Under the pieces are notes generated by a model. It saw nothing but the letters and a program-made list of their open reading frames with translations. It made no database searches and was not told the DNA's origin. Below, in pieces: positions 53,402 to 64,000 of a stretch of DNA of 64,000 nucleotides; positions within the stretch are counted from its first letter, which is position 1, and every line of letters begins with the position of its first letter. The translations under genes were made by a program, and so were the position numbers. Source of the DNA: Auanema rhodensis (Eukaryota; Animalia; Nematoda). The stretch spans positions 14,384,001-14,448,000 of the forward strand of contig OZ059894.1 of assembly GCA_964057225.1 (NCBI GenBank). Reading direction: 5' to 3'.

Positions 53402-53851
53402 TTTCCAGAAGGTATGAAAGAAGAATTTTTTTCTAATATAAGATAACTTATAAATCAAGTACCTATTAATATAATTATAGTTGCTGATGTTAATTTTTTA
53501 TATCTTTATCAGAAATACTTAAAATATTTTTGGAAATGCCTTAAATAATTTTATTTCGCAACCGCTTGTTATTTTAATTTCAAAAAAATGAAAGAAAAGT
53601 ATTTCATGTACAAGTTATAGTCAATTAACTCATTCAGCATTGAAAATCATAAAGTGTTAATCTAATTATGATGTCGTTTACAAAATGAATATGAATTATA
53701 ATAATATATTTCAAACATATATGAGATAAATTATCAAAATATAGTATGAATATAAAAAAGGACAATATACTACAAATTAATGTAGTCATAGTGTGCGAAT
53801 GTGTTTTTGAAAGAAGAACATAGTAAAATTATTATTATTATATGTAAATCT

Positions 53852-55157
53852 ATGGAGAACTGCACCTTACAATCGCTTAGATATGATTTTATGGTATTAA
53901 CGACAACTAAATTCCACTTCTACTTCTTTCCAATTTCTTTAATTATTAATATATTTACTTTATATATAATTTATAAAAAAACACCTGCTAATATTGGAAC
54001 TATTAAAAAATGCATATTTCTACATCAGGGAATTGTTTGATGAAAATTTGTGGATTAAGAAGTACTTTTAGGTGTCAAACTTGATCAGTGACATATGCAT
54101 AAGTGGAATTGTTCAACCTGTTCCCTTTTATCCATATTGTGCTGTGTCTGTGTTAGGTCCAATTAAGTATATCTTACCTTATCCATTAATAGGATTGGTA
54201 GTAAATCTATATTAAATACTCCTTTATTTTTTCTTTCAGTCATTGATATTTTCACTGGTAATTCTATCAGTAAGCTTCTCTATTGGTATTCTATTCTACA
54301 GATATCAAACTATTAAATGTGGAAAACGGTTATTTAATAATGAATCTCATTTACTGATCAGCATAGCATTTATATGTTGTGGACTTGCTCTCAATTTTAT
54401 TTTTGCTCTCTATGTAGGAGAAGTACCATTCGAAGAGAGGAAAAAGGCTTTTTTACCAGTATTCAATTAAGAAATTGCAACAATTAGTACGCTTGTTATA
54501 GGTTCATCCATCGTTTGAATCATTTTTTTCAAATGAGAATGCGTTTGCTGACAATTGGCTTCCTAATTTTTCGTATCTTATGCTATCATTATGCTGTACT
54601 GAAGGTATTTTAACATCTAATATAACTGTGTCATGTTCCATAATAATTTACTTCAGCTATTTTAATATTCTCTGGATGTTTTTCTATATATGGATGTATA
54701 AAATGTCTTGATGAGCACAAATCAACTATTAGCGAGAGGACAAGAAAAAATCAAAGAGCATTCACTATTCGATTATTAATCCAGGTATTGTGTTGAATAT
54801 TATATAAAAACTTTAAAAAAATGTTAAGTTTGTTATTCCTCTTATGTTTATTGGTATACCTTCCACCTATATTATTTCTGTAATGGTATTCGAATATTGT
54901 ACTCAATGGACTTGGAGTTAGATAGTCGATTTGGCAAAATATTTATTTTAATTTTCAGTTTTTAATATTGCAACTTACTTCGCAATATCAATTCACTCTA
55001 TAATATTTGCTATTACAACAATACTGATAACAGATCATTATAGACGAAGTATTTTTGCAATACGAAAAGTTAGTTCATTGAGTACTATGTAACTTGTAAG
55101 TTTTTACAGAGAAAAGTTAACTGTTCAACTATTCAGACACTCTCTGTAAGAAAATAG
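53852..55157 (+). CDS. Serpentine 7TM chemoreceptor (Sri/Srh-like), 8 exons
   Basis: Motifs IIYKKTP, QPVPFYP, FYRYQTI, ISERTRKNQRAFTIRLLIQFVIP, SIHS and DHYRR, with seven hydrophobic segments. The first donor is ambiguous (see findings). Confidence 0.88.
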
Positions 55158-55466
55158 TTCTCAATTTGGAAGAACCCTAATGTTGTCAAATTTATAAAAA
55201 TCATTAATAAAAATTGTTATTAACTTTTATGAAATTTATTACTGATAGAGCAGCAGCTTGAAAATAAAATTTGAAATCAGCTTATAAATTAATAAATCAT
55301 AAATTTGCGTATTACTTTTACTGTATTACAATTACTGTAAGAACGCTTCATAGTTGTGTCCGTGGTAAGCCTTATTCAAATTTTTTCATTGGATTTTTCT
55401 ATATTTGTTTTGATATTTCTATTCTTATGATAAATTAACAGCAAATATCCTGGTAATGTTTATCGA

Positions 55467-58448
55467 ATGGGAGTTGAGCAGGTTAAGGAATTCTTAAGTC
55501 GTTACCATATATCTGCTAAAGAAGATTGGGTAAATCAAGCTGTACAAGTTTGCAAAGAATACGGTTGTGATTCGTCGGTATTTTTTGATCATTAATTCAA
55601 ATTTTAATTTCAAAAACTTCAGTTAAAACAGCTTTGTGCTAGTGTGTTGGATTTATTTCTCAATTCTGACCTTTTGGAGAGTTATGTGGCTCCTATGAAA
55701 GTACCAGCCATAGCTGTTAAGCTGGTAATAACAAAGCCGATTATTTTCCAGGTACCGTTTTGTCTTTTGCTTTAGTTTTTTCAATTTTTTTCAGATTACT
55801 TCAGCTTTTGATATAGCACGTCCACTTTATCAACAGTTCACAGAACTTACTCTTAAAAATGATGATTTGAGCTGGTTTCACGGAGATGATCATCAAGACA
55901 AAGTTATTTCAAATTATATTATTTTCTTTATTTTTTTTTTCAGGATACAACAGGCGAATGTTTCACAACCTCACGACAAAGATTATTAAAGCTTAGTTTA
56001 TTTGACGGTACTAACCTCATATCAGGGATCGAATATGGTTCCCTCAGCTGCATACCAACTGATGTCAAATTGGGGACAAAGGCGTTTTACAAAATACTTT
56101 TTGAATAACATTTAGTTTTAGATTATATTAACATCACGAGTAGTTTGTCGAAAAGGAATCGTACTCTTAAACGACTCCAATTGCCAAGTATGCTTCTTGA
56201 TCTGATAGTAAATCGTATATTGAATTTTAAGTTGCTGGGTGGAGACGTCGATATCCTTAATAATTCTTCAGATCCAGCTCAAAAATTTGCCGATCGGTTA
56301 GGGATAAATTACTCTAATGGAAAGCGGTATGATGAAACTGATTTCACTAAAAAATTTTGAAAATTTTTGTAGAGTACAAAATTTGAAGGCACCCGATGCA
56401 TTTGCTCCAGCAAAAATAAAGACCAAGGCAGCTGACATATCTCATAATTCTACGAATGGGTTAGTTCATTAAAATTTTAAAAAAAGTTATAATTTGTTTG
56501 GAGAAATTCGACACTTTCTCCCTTTTTGGTTCGAATGCCTCGAAATAGTAACAACACCACGAAAACTTCTTCAAGTTCTTCCGAAGCCGCCTTGATTGAA
56601 CCACCAGTTAGGCTTACTGAAGTAAATTTAAAATTTTAAGTCAGTCCAGCTATGTAAAATAAATTGCAGTATCCTTGTAGTAACCGTATTCCTCTAAAAT
56701 GTACCAATGCATTTGATCGAACAACGGAATTATCATCTACTTCAATGCTGATTTCTTCCTTAGGAAGTCCAGAATCGAATAGATTTGGTGATTTATCGTG
56801 CAATTCTTCTTTGTTAGATAAAACAACTAATGACAAATTTCAAATGTCAAATGTTACTGCGATAAAGAAAAACACTTCATGTAAGGGTGAGTTGTGATTT
56901 TACCTTTTGAAATGCAACTGAAAGCTTCCAGATCATAAACTTGACCACATATCCTCAAGTTGGAAAGAGAAAGAAACTACTCAAACAATATCAAAAGTGA
57001 TTAAAAGCAATCACTCAGTGCAGGCACTTTCTTCAAAAATGGTAGAACAAAAACAATTTTTTCTCAATTCTTTTTTGTAGCCGGATCAAAATAACAATTT
57101 GATATATCAATCACCACCAACAGTGTTGCCAACCAACGTTGGGATTGCTTACAGACAATATAGTAATATTTCAAAAGCAAATGAGAGATTAGATTCCAGC
57201 ACCAGGTTAACAACGCAAAAATGGTTTATTTATTTCATTTTATTTTTTAGTTCTGTTGAAAACATTAATAAAAAAAGTATACTTTCTTGCGGTTTAAGTT
57301 CTATAAACATGAATTTATGTTAGTTTATTTTCAATCATTTGCTTGGATTTTTAATGGTTTCAGCAAGCTCTTCCGAACTTTCATCCATACGTGCTTCATC
57401 TGCTAACTCAACTGTACTTCAGTTTTACTTATTAATAATATTTTACTTATTACAGAACACAGACGACACTATCATTCCTTCAACATGCATCCAAAAACCT
57501 TTACGTCTTCCTCCTTTGGTTAGTTTGTGTTTTATTAAACATGATGTATTCCTATTTAGAATCGACCTATACCTCCTTCGTTAACCAAAGTACCGACAAT
57601 GATTTGTTCACCTCGTCGAATTGATAATTGTATATCTTCTGATATACCAGAAAAAAGGATAAGAACAGATACTTCAAAAAATGAAGATGTTCAAATCAAA
57701 CCCCTAAGAAAAGATGTATGTTCAACAAAATTTAATTGTGCTCTGTTATCTTCTCCCCTGTTTAGCTACAGACAACAAAAGTATTTTCTGATGAAGACTC
57801 TGACAAAACGATTGCTTTACAAGTACAATGTTTTAACTTTCACTATTTATTTTTCTTGTTCAGGATACTTTATCGAACGAGCAAGTGTCGGTTGTTGATA
57901 AATATAAAAGATTAAATATTATATATTTATCTTCGGCGTTACGGAACAAAACATACTGGATGTTACCTAAAACTGTGTCCATTCAGGTAAATGTGAATAT
58001 AATGAGAAACATTCAATGGTTTTCAGGGTGTATGCCATGTACCAAGTGATCTTAAAGCTCGAAATGGGCATTGGGTTCTTCATATACATGTGACAGATGA
58101 ATCTGTTGAACGATTATATTGTGAAGTTAGTCCGATACTTTTAGATAGAATGCTTGGGTTCACAGTTCAGTCTTGTCAGGTATTTTATCACAGATTCTTT
58201 TTTTAATTTAAATCAAAATTTCAGGATCCTTGTGTTATTCGGAACAAAGCCGAAATGCAACGAAGGAAATCAAGAGCCTTATCTGTAAGTTTTAAGTGGA
58301 TACTCTTTAAAAAGTTTATAAATAGGTTGCACACTCATTACTTCGTATGGATCTAATTTTGTCAATAGAAATGTATCCAGAGAGAGACTCGACTCCATTA
58401 ATTTTAGATGTAAAAACAATATCAGAAGCTTTAAATGTTGTTAATTAG
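55467..58448 (+). CDS. RMI1: RecQ-mediated genome instability protein 1 homolog (rmh family)
   Basis: N-terminal DWV...FLNSDL, then OB-fold motifs [26 protein letters not shown]...GIEY, LGTK|IIL...[22 protein letters not shown] long Ser-rich linker leads to a C-terminal OB fold ([11 protein letters not shown]...LDRMLGFT). rmh-1 versus rmh-2 is unresolved. Confidence 0.9.
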
Positions 58449-58785
58449 CTTTTGTTATACATGAGTTTTATAATTCTTAATCTTTGTAAATATAATCAAA
58501 TGTTTTGTTTGCTTTACACTTCTGAGTTACATTTTGTTCGAATTCTGTACTATTGCCTTCTTTGTGAATATTTTACAAATATAATATATAGTAAGCATAA
58601 TAAAAATTTAAACTATACTACAATTTTCATACGCAGTAATTGACTTAAAATAACTCGAAGCGCGCAAAACTAGTGCATTTTGGCGTGTTGTGAGTTTTGA
58701 ATATAGCTTTATCCCTGTTTGAAGATTTCTTTATTTGTATATATATATATAATTCAAGTATTTTATTATATTCTAGTAAACACAA

Positions 58786-60913
58786 ATGGCTGACCCTCTG
58801 CAGCTATTATGCGAATATGCTAAGGGAAAAGTTACAGCTAAAGAAATTATGCACGTAAGTTTTATTTATTGTTAATTATTTTGATTGCAAATTTTAGAAT
58901 GGTGAAAAATATATAGCTTTTGGCGATTATGCTTATCCAAAAGATACACCGACTCAACTATTGGTTTGTGTTACATAATAATATTTTGTACAAACTAATT
59001 TTTTAGGTGTACGGAAAAGAAAATGAGCATTATAGTATTGAGTCAATTATGTTTTTATGGGATCGTATGCAGTTGACCCACACAGCTTATGTAAAAGAAG
59101 CTGCTGGTTGTGGAATAAGAGCTGTTACACGTCCTGACAGGCATTTAAGTAATTACAAGCTCTTCATATTGAATTTCTTTGAAGACGTGATATATTGGAT
59201 TATTTAAATGGACGAAGGCCGCAACTTCCGAAGAACTCTGATTCCCGTAACCCGCCTAGCGCTCCAATTCCTGTGTCTCGCTTATTACCTGAACCGTCGG
59301 AACCAGAAAGCAAGAAGCCTAGGCTTGATTCTAGTGTAGATACCAAGTACGTCAATGCAATTCCAAAAAGTTAATATTATGTTATTTTAGAAAGATTAAA
59401 TCTGCTTTGGAGGAAACAAAACTTCGATCACTCAATGATGATTTGACTGCCGACAAGTATAATTTTCTTTATGATGCAAAATATGATTAAACATTTAGAA
59501 TTGCTGCTTTAAAAAAGAAACGTCTTACTCATCAAAAAAAGAATATTGCTACTATCATCGACGAGTATGAAGTTTAAAATTTAAAGAATCTCATCTTATT
59601 TTTACAGAGAAAGTGACCCAACTGCTGGTACAGGTGTTACTACTTTCGATCGCGAATGGAAAAGTAGAGAAAGGGTTTGGAGAACGAGAGAAAATTGTCT
59701 TGATGCTGCAACAAAAGAGTTTACTCCACTTTTAGAAATGCTGAAGAGCTTAAAGGTATCTGACCCAAATCTTTCTTTCTTCAAAAATATATCCTTTAAG
59801 GCCCGAGAAGATAAGGAGAAGCAACAGAAAGCTATGAGTCAGTACTTACCTCCAAGTAAGCCAAACGCACCTCAGCAAAAGGCAAGACAGCAAACAGGAT
59901 ACAGTAGATACGATCAAGAAATTTTCAACAAGGTTTGATATTAATAAGATATATTCTAATATGTATTTTTAGGAAATGAATTCTGATTTCCAAATTGATG
60001 GAGATTTATCTTTCGTTGGTACAAATCTTCAAAATCTCAATAAAGGTATACCAATTGAAAGAAAACCTTCTATTGCTGCTCCTAAACCTTCCGCTCCTCC
60101 GTCTTCTTACGGTAAGTAATATAACATTCTAAAATGTACTATCTAATTTGTATATAGGCCGGCCATCACAACCACCAGCTCCTACTAGAACAACATCAAG
60201 CTCTCCAGATTTGCCTAGAAGACGTACTAATCGAACTCCAATTATTATTATACCGTCCGCGGGTACGAGTCTTGTAACTATGTTCAATGCACAAGATATT
60301 CTACAGGTTTTTATTTTATTTTCAACATATGCTCATCTTTGCTTTTATTTATAGGAAATGCGATTTCTCACTTCGGAAGCTAAGAAAGCAGAAGGCGTTA
60401 AACGAGAAAACGAAGTGCAAGTTCACCGAAAACGAGGAGATCGTGGAGATGTTACAGGTTAAAATATTTTGAGGCATATCAATTAATAGTTTCTTTTTTC
60501 TTTCAGTCCCATATCGTATTATTGACAATGTTTTCAAATTAAATGACGAGGAATGGGATCGCGTTGTAGCCGTGTTTGTTATGGTTTAATTTGCTATTTT
60601 TCTTTCCTAATGCAGCTCGATTAAGGGACCTGCTTGGCAGTTCAAAGGTTGGCGATGGAATGGTAATCCTGTTGAAATATTCTCGCACATTCCGGCGTTC
60701 CACTTACATTATGATGATATGAAAGTCTGTTTTAAAAGTCAAAGTAGGAAATAGCATTTTTTGTTTCAGGTAGATGCAAATGTGTCCAAATGGAATGTTA
60801 CTCTTCTACCCATCTCCCGACATAAGAGGCATTTAGATAAAGCTCGATTAGCAAAATTCTGGGACACGCTAGATCGTCATATTGTAAAACACAAAAATTA
60901 TTTGCGACATTAA
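58786..60913 (+). CDS. cdc-73: PAF1 complex subunit CDC73/parafibromin
   Basis: [20 protein letters not shown]...[75 protein letters not shown] and KRHLDKA...FW. Confidence 0.96.
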
Positions 60914-61420
60914 CAAATTAACTGAGCTCATCATTTTTGCCCCCAAGATTTTGTGGAGCAGTTTTAATAGTTTGAATGTCTTGTTATCTATAAAGGTTAT
61001 TTATCTTATTAATATGAATTCATCACGTAATGTAAAATCTTGTTTTTGTACAGTTGTTGTTAAAGTTCGTAATGAAAATATTTTATCACCTATATTAGTT
61101 TTCTGGAAAAAATGTAACGAAATCTTCATGTTTTACACTATACTTTCTTCACAAAAAAAGAATTTTGAAATATGCATGTAAGCAATCTATTGATTTTAAC
61201 CTAACTTTCGATTTGTCACGTTTCTCTCATTGAAGAAATGATCTCACACTTCTAAGTTGTCATTTCTTCTTTTTTCTATCAAAATGTTAACTTAAGGTTT
61301 TTAAGAGATTCCATTAAGGTCACTTTAGAATTTAGTATAAATAGTCTTTAATTCTTATCGACTTCATAAACTCATTTGATTTTTCCTTGGAAACAATTTA
61401 TTTAACAAATCATTTTTTAG

Positions 61421-63018
61421 ATGACTGACAGTACTGTACCATTGAGAGATAGATTGGCTGTATGTTTTTTTTCTTCAAAATTGTGTGTTTGAGTGTGAAT
61501 TTAATTACTTCAGAAGTTGGCGCTTGACGGCCTGATTGCTGTCTCAGTTTCAATCGGATATAAATTGGAATTATTCAAAGCTATTGCCGATGTTGCTTCA
61601 CCAGAAAAGTATTGATATTAAAAGAATTTCGTTTACTTAGAATGTTATAGGCCTGCTACTCCTAAAACCATAGCTGAAAAAGCCAATTGTAAAGAAAGGT
61701 CAGCTTTTCGCATATCTTCACATTACGACAAATTAAAACAAAATTTTATCTGATGTGAATTTAGATATGTGAAAGAATGGCTCGCCGTTTTAAGTACTTC
61801 TGGTTATATTCAAATGAACGAAAAAGAAGAATTTTGGCTTAAACCTGAAGATGTCCAAGTAGGCTTGTTCTTTGTAATAATATTTAAAAATCAACTGTAT
61901 CAGGATCTCACTGTTGACAACCCTGGACTTTCTCAATGCTTGTACGTGCCATGCTATATGAAAGCATATGAAAATCTTTTAAATGTTTTTCGTGCTGATG
62001 GACCTTTAGGTATTATATGACGAACATGAACTTTGTTGATGCTAGTTTATCCAGGCTTGAAGTACTCTGATTTCAACGATTTCTATGCAATGATGAATTT
62101 GGAAAGCAAACTTACTCATGAAGAACATTTCATAAGCGAATTCATTCCTGCTCTTAGTTCTTCTCTTCATGTAAGAACTATCAAACTGTAAGGTTTAGTA
62201 ATTTTTTCTTGTTCAAGAACGAACTTAAATTAGGAAACAAGAAGGTTCTTGACGTAGGTTGTGGAACTGGTCTCCATTCAATCTTATTAGGTAGGTATTC
62301 TTTATTATTGATGTAGTTGATATCCCTGATATAGCTCAATCTTATCCGTTGTCTAATTTCACTGGAATTGATGTCACTTCGGAAGCTATTATTCGAGCCA
62401 ATCAGAAAAGGTTTCAATTGTTGCTATCAGTAAATATGTTTACGTTTTAGTAAGGAAGGAGGTTTGAAGTTAGACAATCTCTCTTTCATTAATATGGATG
62501 GTGGTGTAATGAATGCTGATTGGACAGAACAGTTTGATGTCGTAATAATAGTTGATGCATGTCATGATCAAATGCGTCCTGACAAAGTAATTAAATTTTT
62601 AGATTTCTGCACACATGAATGTTTCAGACGTTGAAAGAAATTCATCGTGTATTGAAGCCAGGTGGAGTGTTTGGCATGTTGGAAATCATAGGAACAAGTA
62701 ATATTTATGAAGACAAGGTAGAATTATAGTTTTCTATTCTTGTTGAATTTGCTTTCAGCAAAAATACGGCGAGCTTGCTACAACTCTCTACTGCTCCTCT
62801 ATGTACCATTGCTTACCTGTTGGCAGCAACTGTGAAGGTAGATGGTCTAACACAAAACATTACAAAACTATTTTCTTACAGGTGCCTTAGGACTAGGTGC
62901 CATGTGGGGAAGTAGAAGAGCTGTTGAACTACTCAATAACTGTGGATTCTCTAATGTCAAAGTCGTTCAGACTCCCCATTTCGCAATTAATCAACTCTAT
63001 GTATGTCGGAAGGCATAA
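61421..63018 (+). CDS. SAM-dependent methyltransferase, Rv2258c-like (wHTH plus class I MTase), 12 exons
   Basis: SIGYKLELFKAI...IAEKANCKERYVKEWL (HTH), VLDVGCGTG, FTGIDV, FDVVIIVDACHD, LKEIHRVLKPGG, SMYHCLPVG and LGLGAMWG. Confidence 0.93.
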
Positions 63019-63372
63019 TGTGGGAAAATATTTTTCGAAAATAAATTTTTAAAAGTATTTCTTCACTATTCACAATAAAATTCCAACGATAAGTTGTAGG
63101 TCATAAGGCCACGTGAATAACAATTCATTTAAAATTTAAAAATGGAAGCGAACGGTTGTTTTTTTATGGGGACTGTTTTTTTTCAGTCTATCTATCTTTA
63201 AAATTAGCCAATTACAACAAGTAAATTTAACTAATTAATAATGAATTGGATCTGACTAATTTTAATTTTATCATGGAAGCTGATAAGGTATTGATTTAAT
63301 TTATTATACCACTGAAATGCTCGGCTTTTAACCATTTGTGTGTCTAATTATTAATACTTATATAATTTAGTT

Positions 63373-63848
63373 ATGAATAAATCAGTTATTCTATTTGCAT
63401 TAATTGGAGTCTGCTTCGTATTAGCAGACAATGATGGAATTACTTGTCAATTTTGTAAAATACAACTAGCTTCCATGACTGAGACAATTCAAGCAAATCC
63501 TGATATTATGGTAACTCATTATATTTAATTATGATTCCCGTGTGAACAATTATTAGCTTATCTAAATATATTTAATTCTGATTAACTGTGATAAACCAAA
63601 CATTATTCTCCTTTTAGAGCCAAATGGGAGATTCATCTTCTCAGGGTTGTGATCAAATTCCTAATAAAGATCTTAGACGGCTGTGCAGAGAAACCTTAGA
63701 TGATAATTTCCCGCTTTTCTTGCAGGTATATTGCTAATATGATAACACACAATATTTATTCACTTAATTTTCGTTTCAGAACTTCTTGCAAGAGCCTGAC
63801 ACATCAGCTGAAGACTTTTGCCAGCAGATGGGCTATTGTTTTCACTGA
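63373..63848 (+). CDS. Saposin B-type (spp-like) secreted protein, 3 exons
   Basis: MNKSVILFALIGVCFVLA signal peptide and six Cys in saposin spacing: CQFC...GCDQIPNKDLRRLC...AEDFCQQMGYC. It is absent from the ORF track. Confidence 0.92.
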
Positions 63849-64000
63849 GCTGTAAATTAATTGAAAGATATGCAGTGTAGAGAGAATAACTTTAACTTTT
63901 TAAATATAAAAACTTTGGTTTTAGTATATTATATTTAAGCCCAGGTGGTATAACAAAGATCTTTATAAAATATTTAGGTCACAAGTTATATGAATATTTC

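Overview
AT-rich eukaryotic DNA from a rhabditid-type nematode. The evidence is TTTCAG/TTTTAG acceptors, acceptors just upstream of ATGs consistent with trans-splicing, about 140 mostly 39-50 nt introns, and proteins closely resembling C. elegans ones. The ORF track is fragmentary because exons are tiny, so all models were spliced by hand. In order: AP-2 sigma (aps-2), a 4-TM MARVEL-like protein, a gustatory-receptor-family gene (-), group II PAK (pak-2), a ~13 kb microsatellite-rich non-coding stretch, an LDLa prohormone-4-like secreted protein, tRNA-Ala(TGC), an unknown protein resembling a metal-less Cu/Zn-SOD fold, SMIM12 (-), snx-6, gck-3 (SPAK/OSR1), a Cys-domain mucin-like secreted protein (-), an SLC35A nucleotide-sugar transporter, a serpentine chemoreceptor, RMI1, CDC73, an Rv2258c-like methyltransferase and a saposin-like protein. 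The strongest unusual signal is the splicing. Conserved reading frames force two weak-consensus GC donors and many AAG/GAG acceptors, and suggest a GG donor, all in introns of a narrow size class. This points to splice-site choice driven more by intron length than by consensus, and it may hide further genes (for example 1044-1661). No mobile element, rRNA or CRISPR array is supported.
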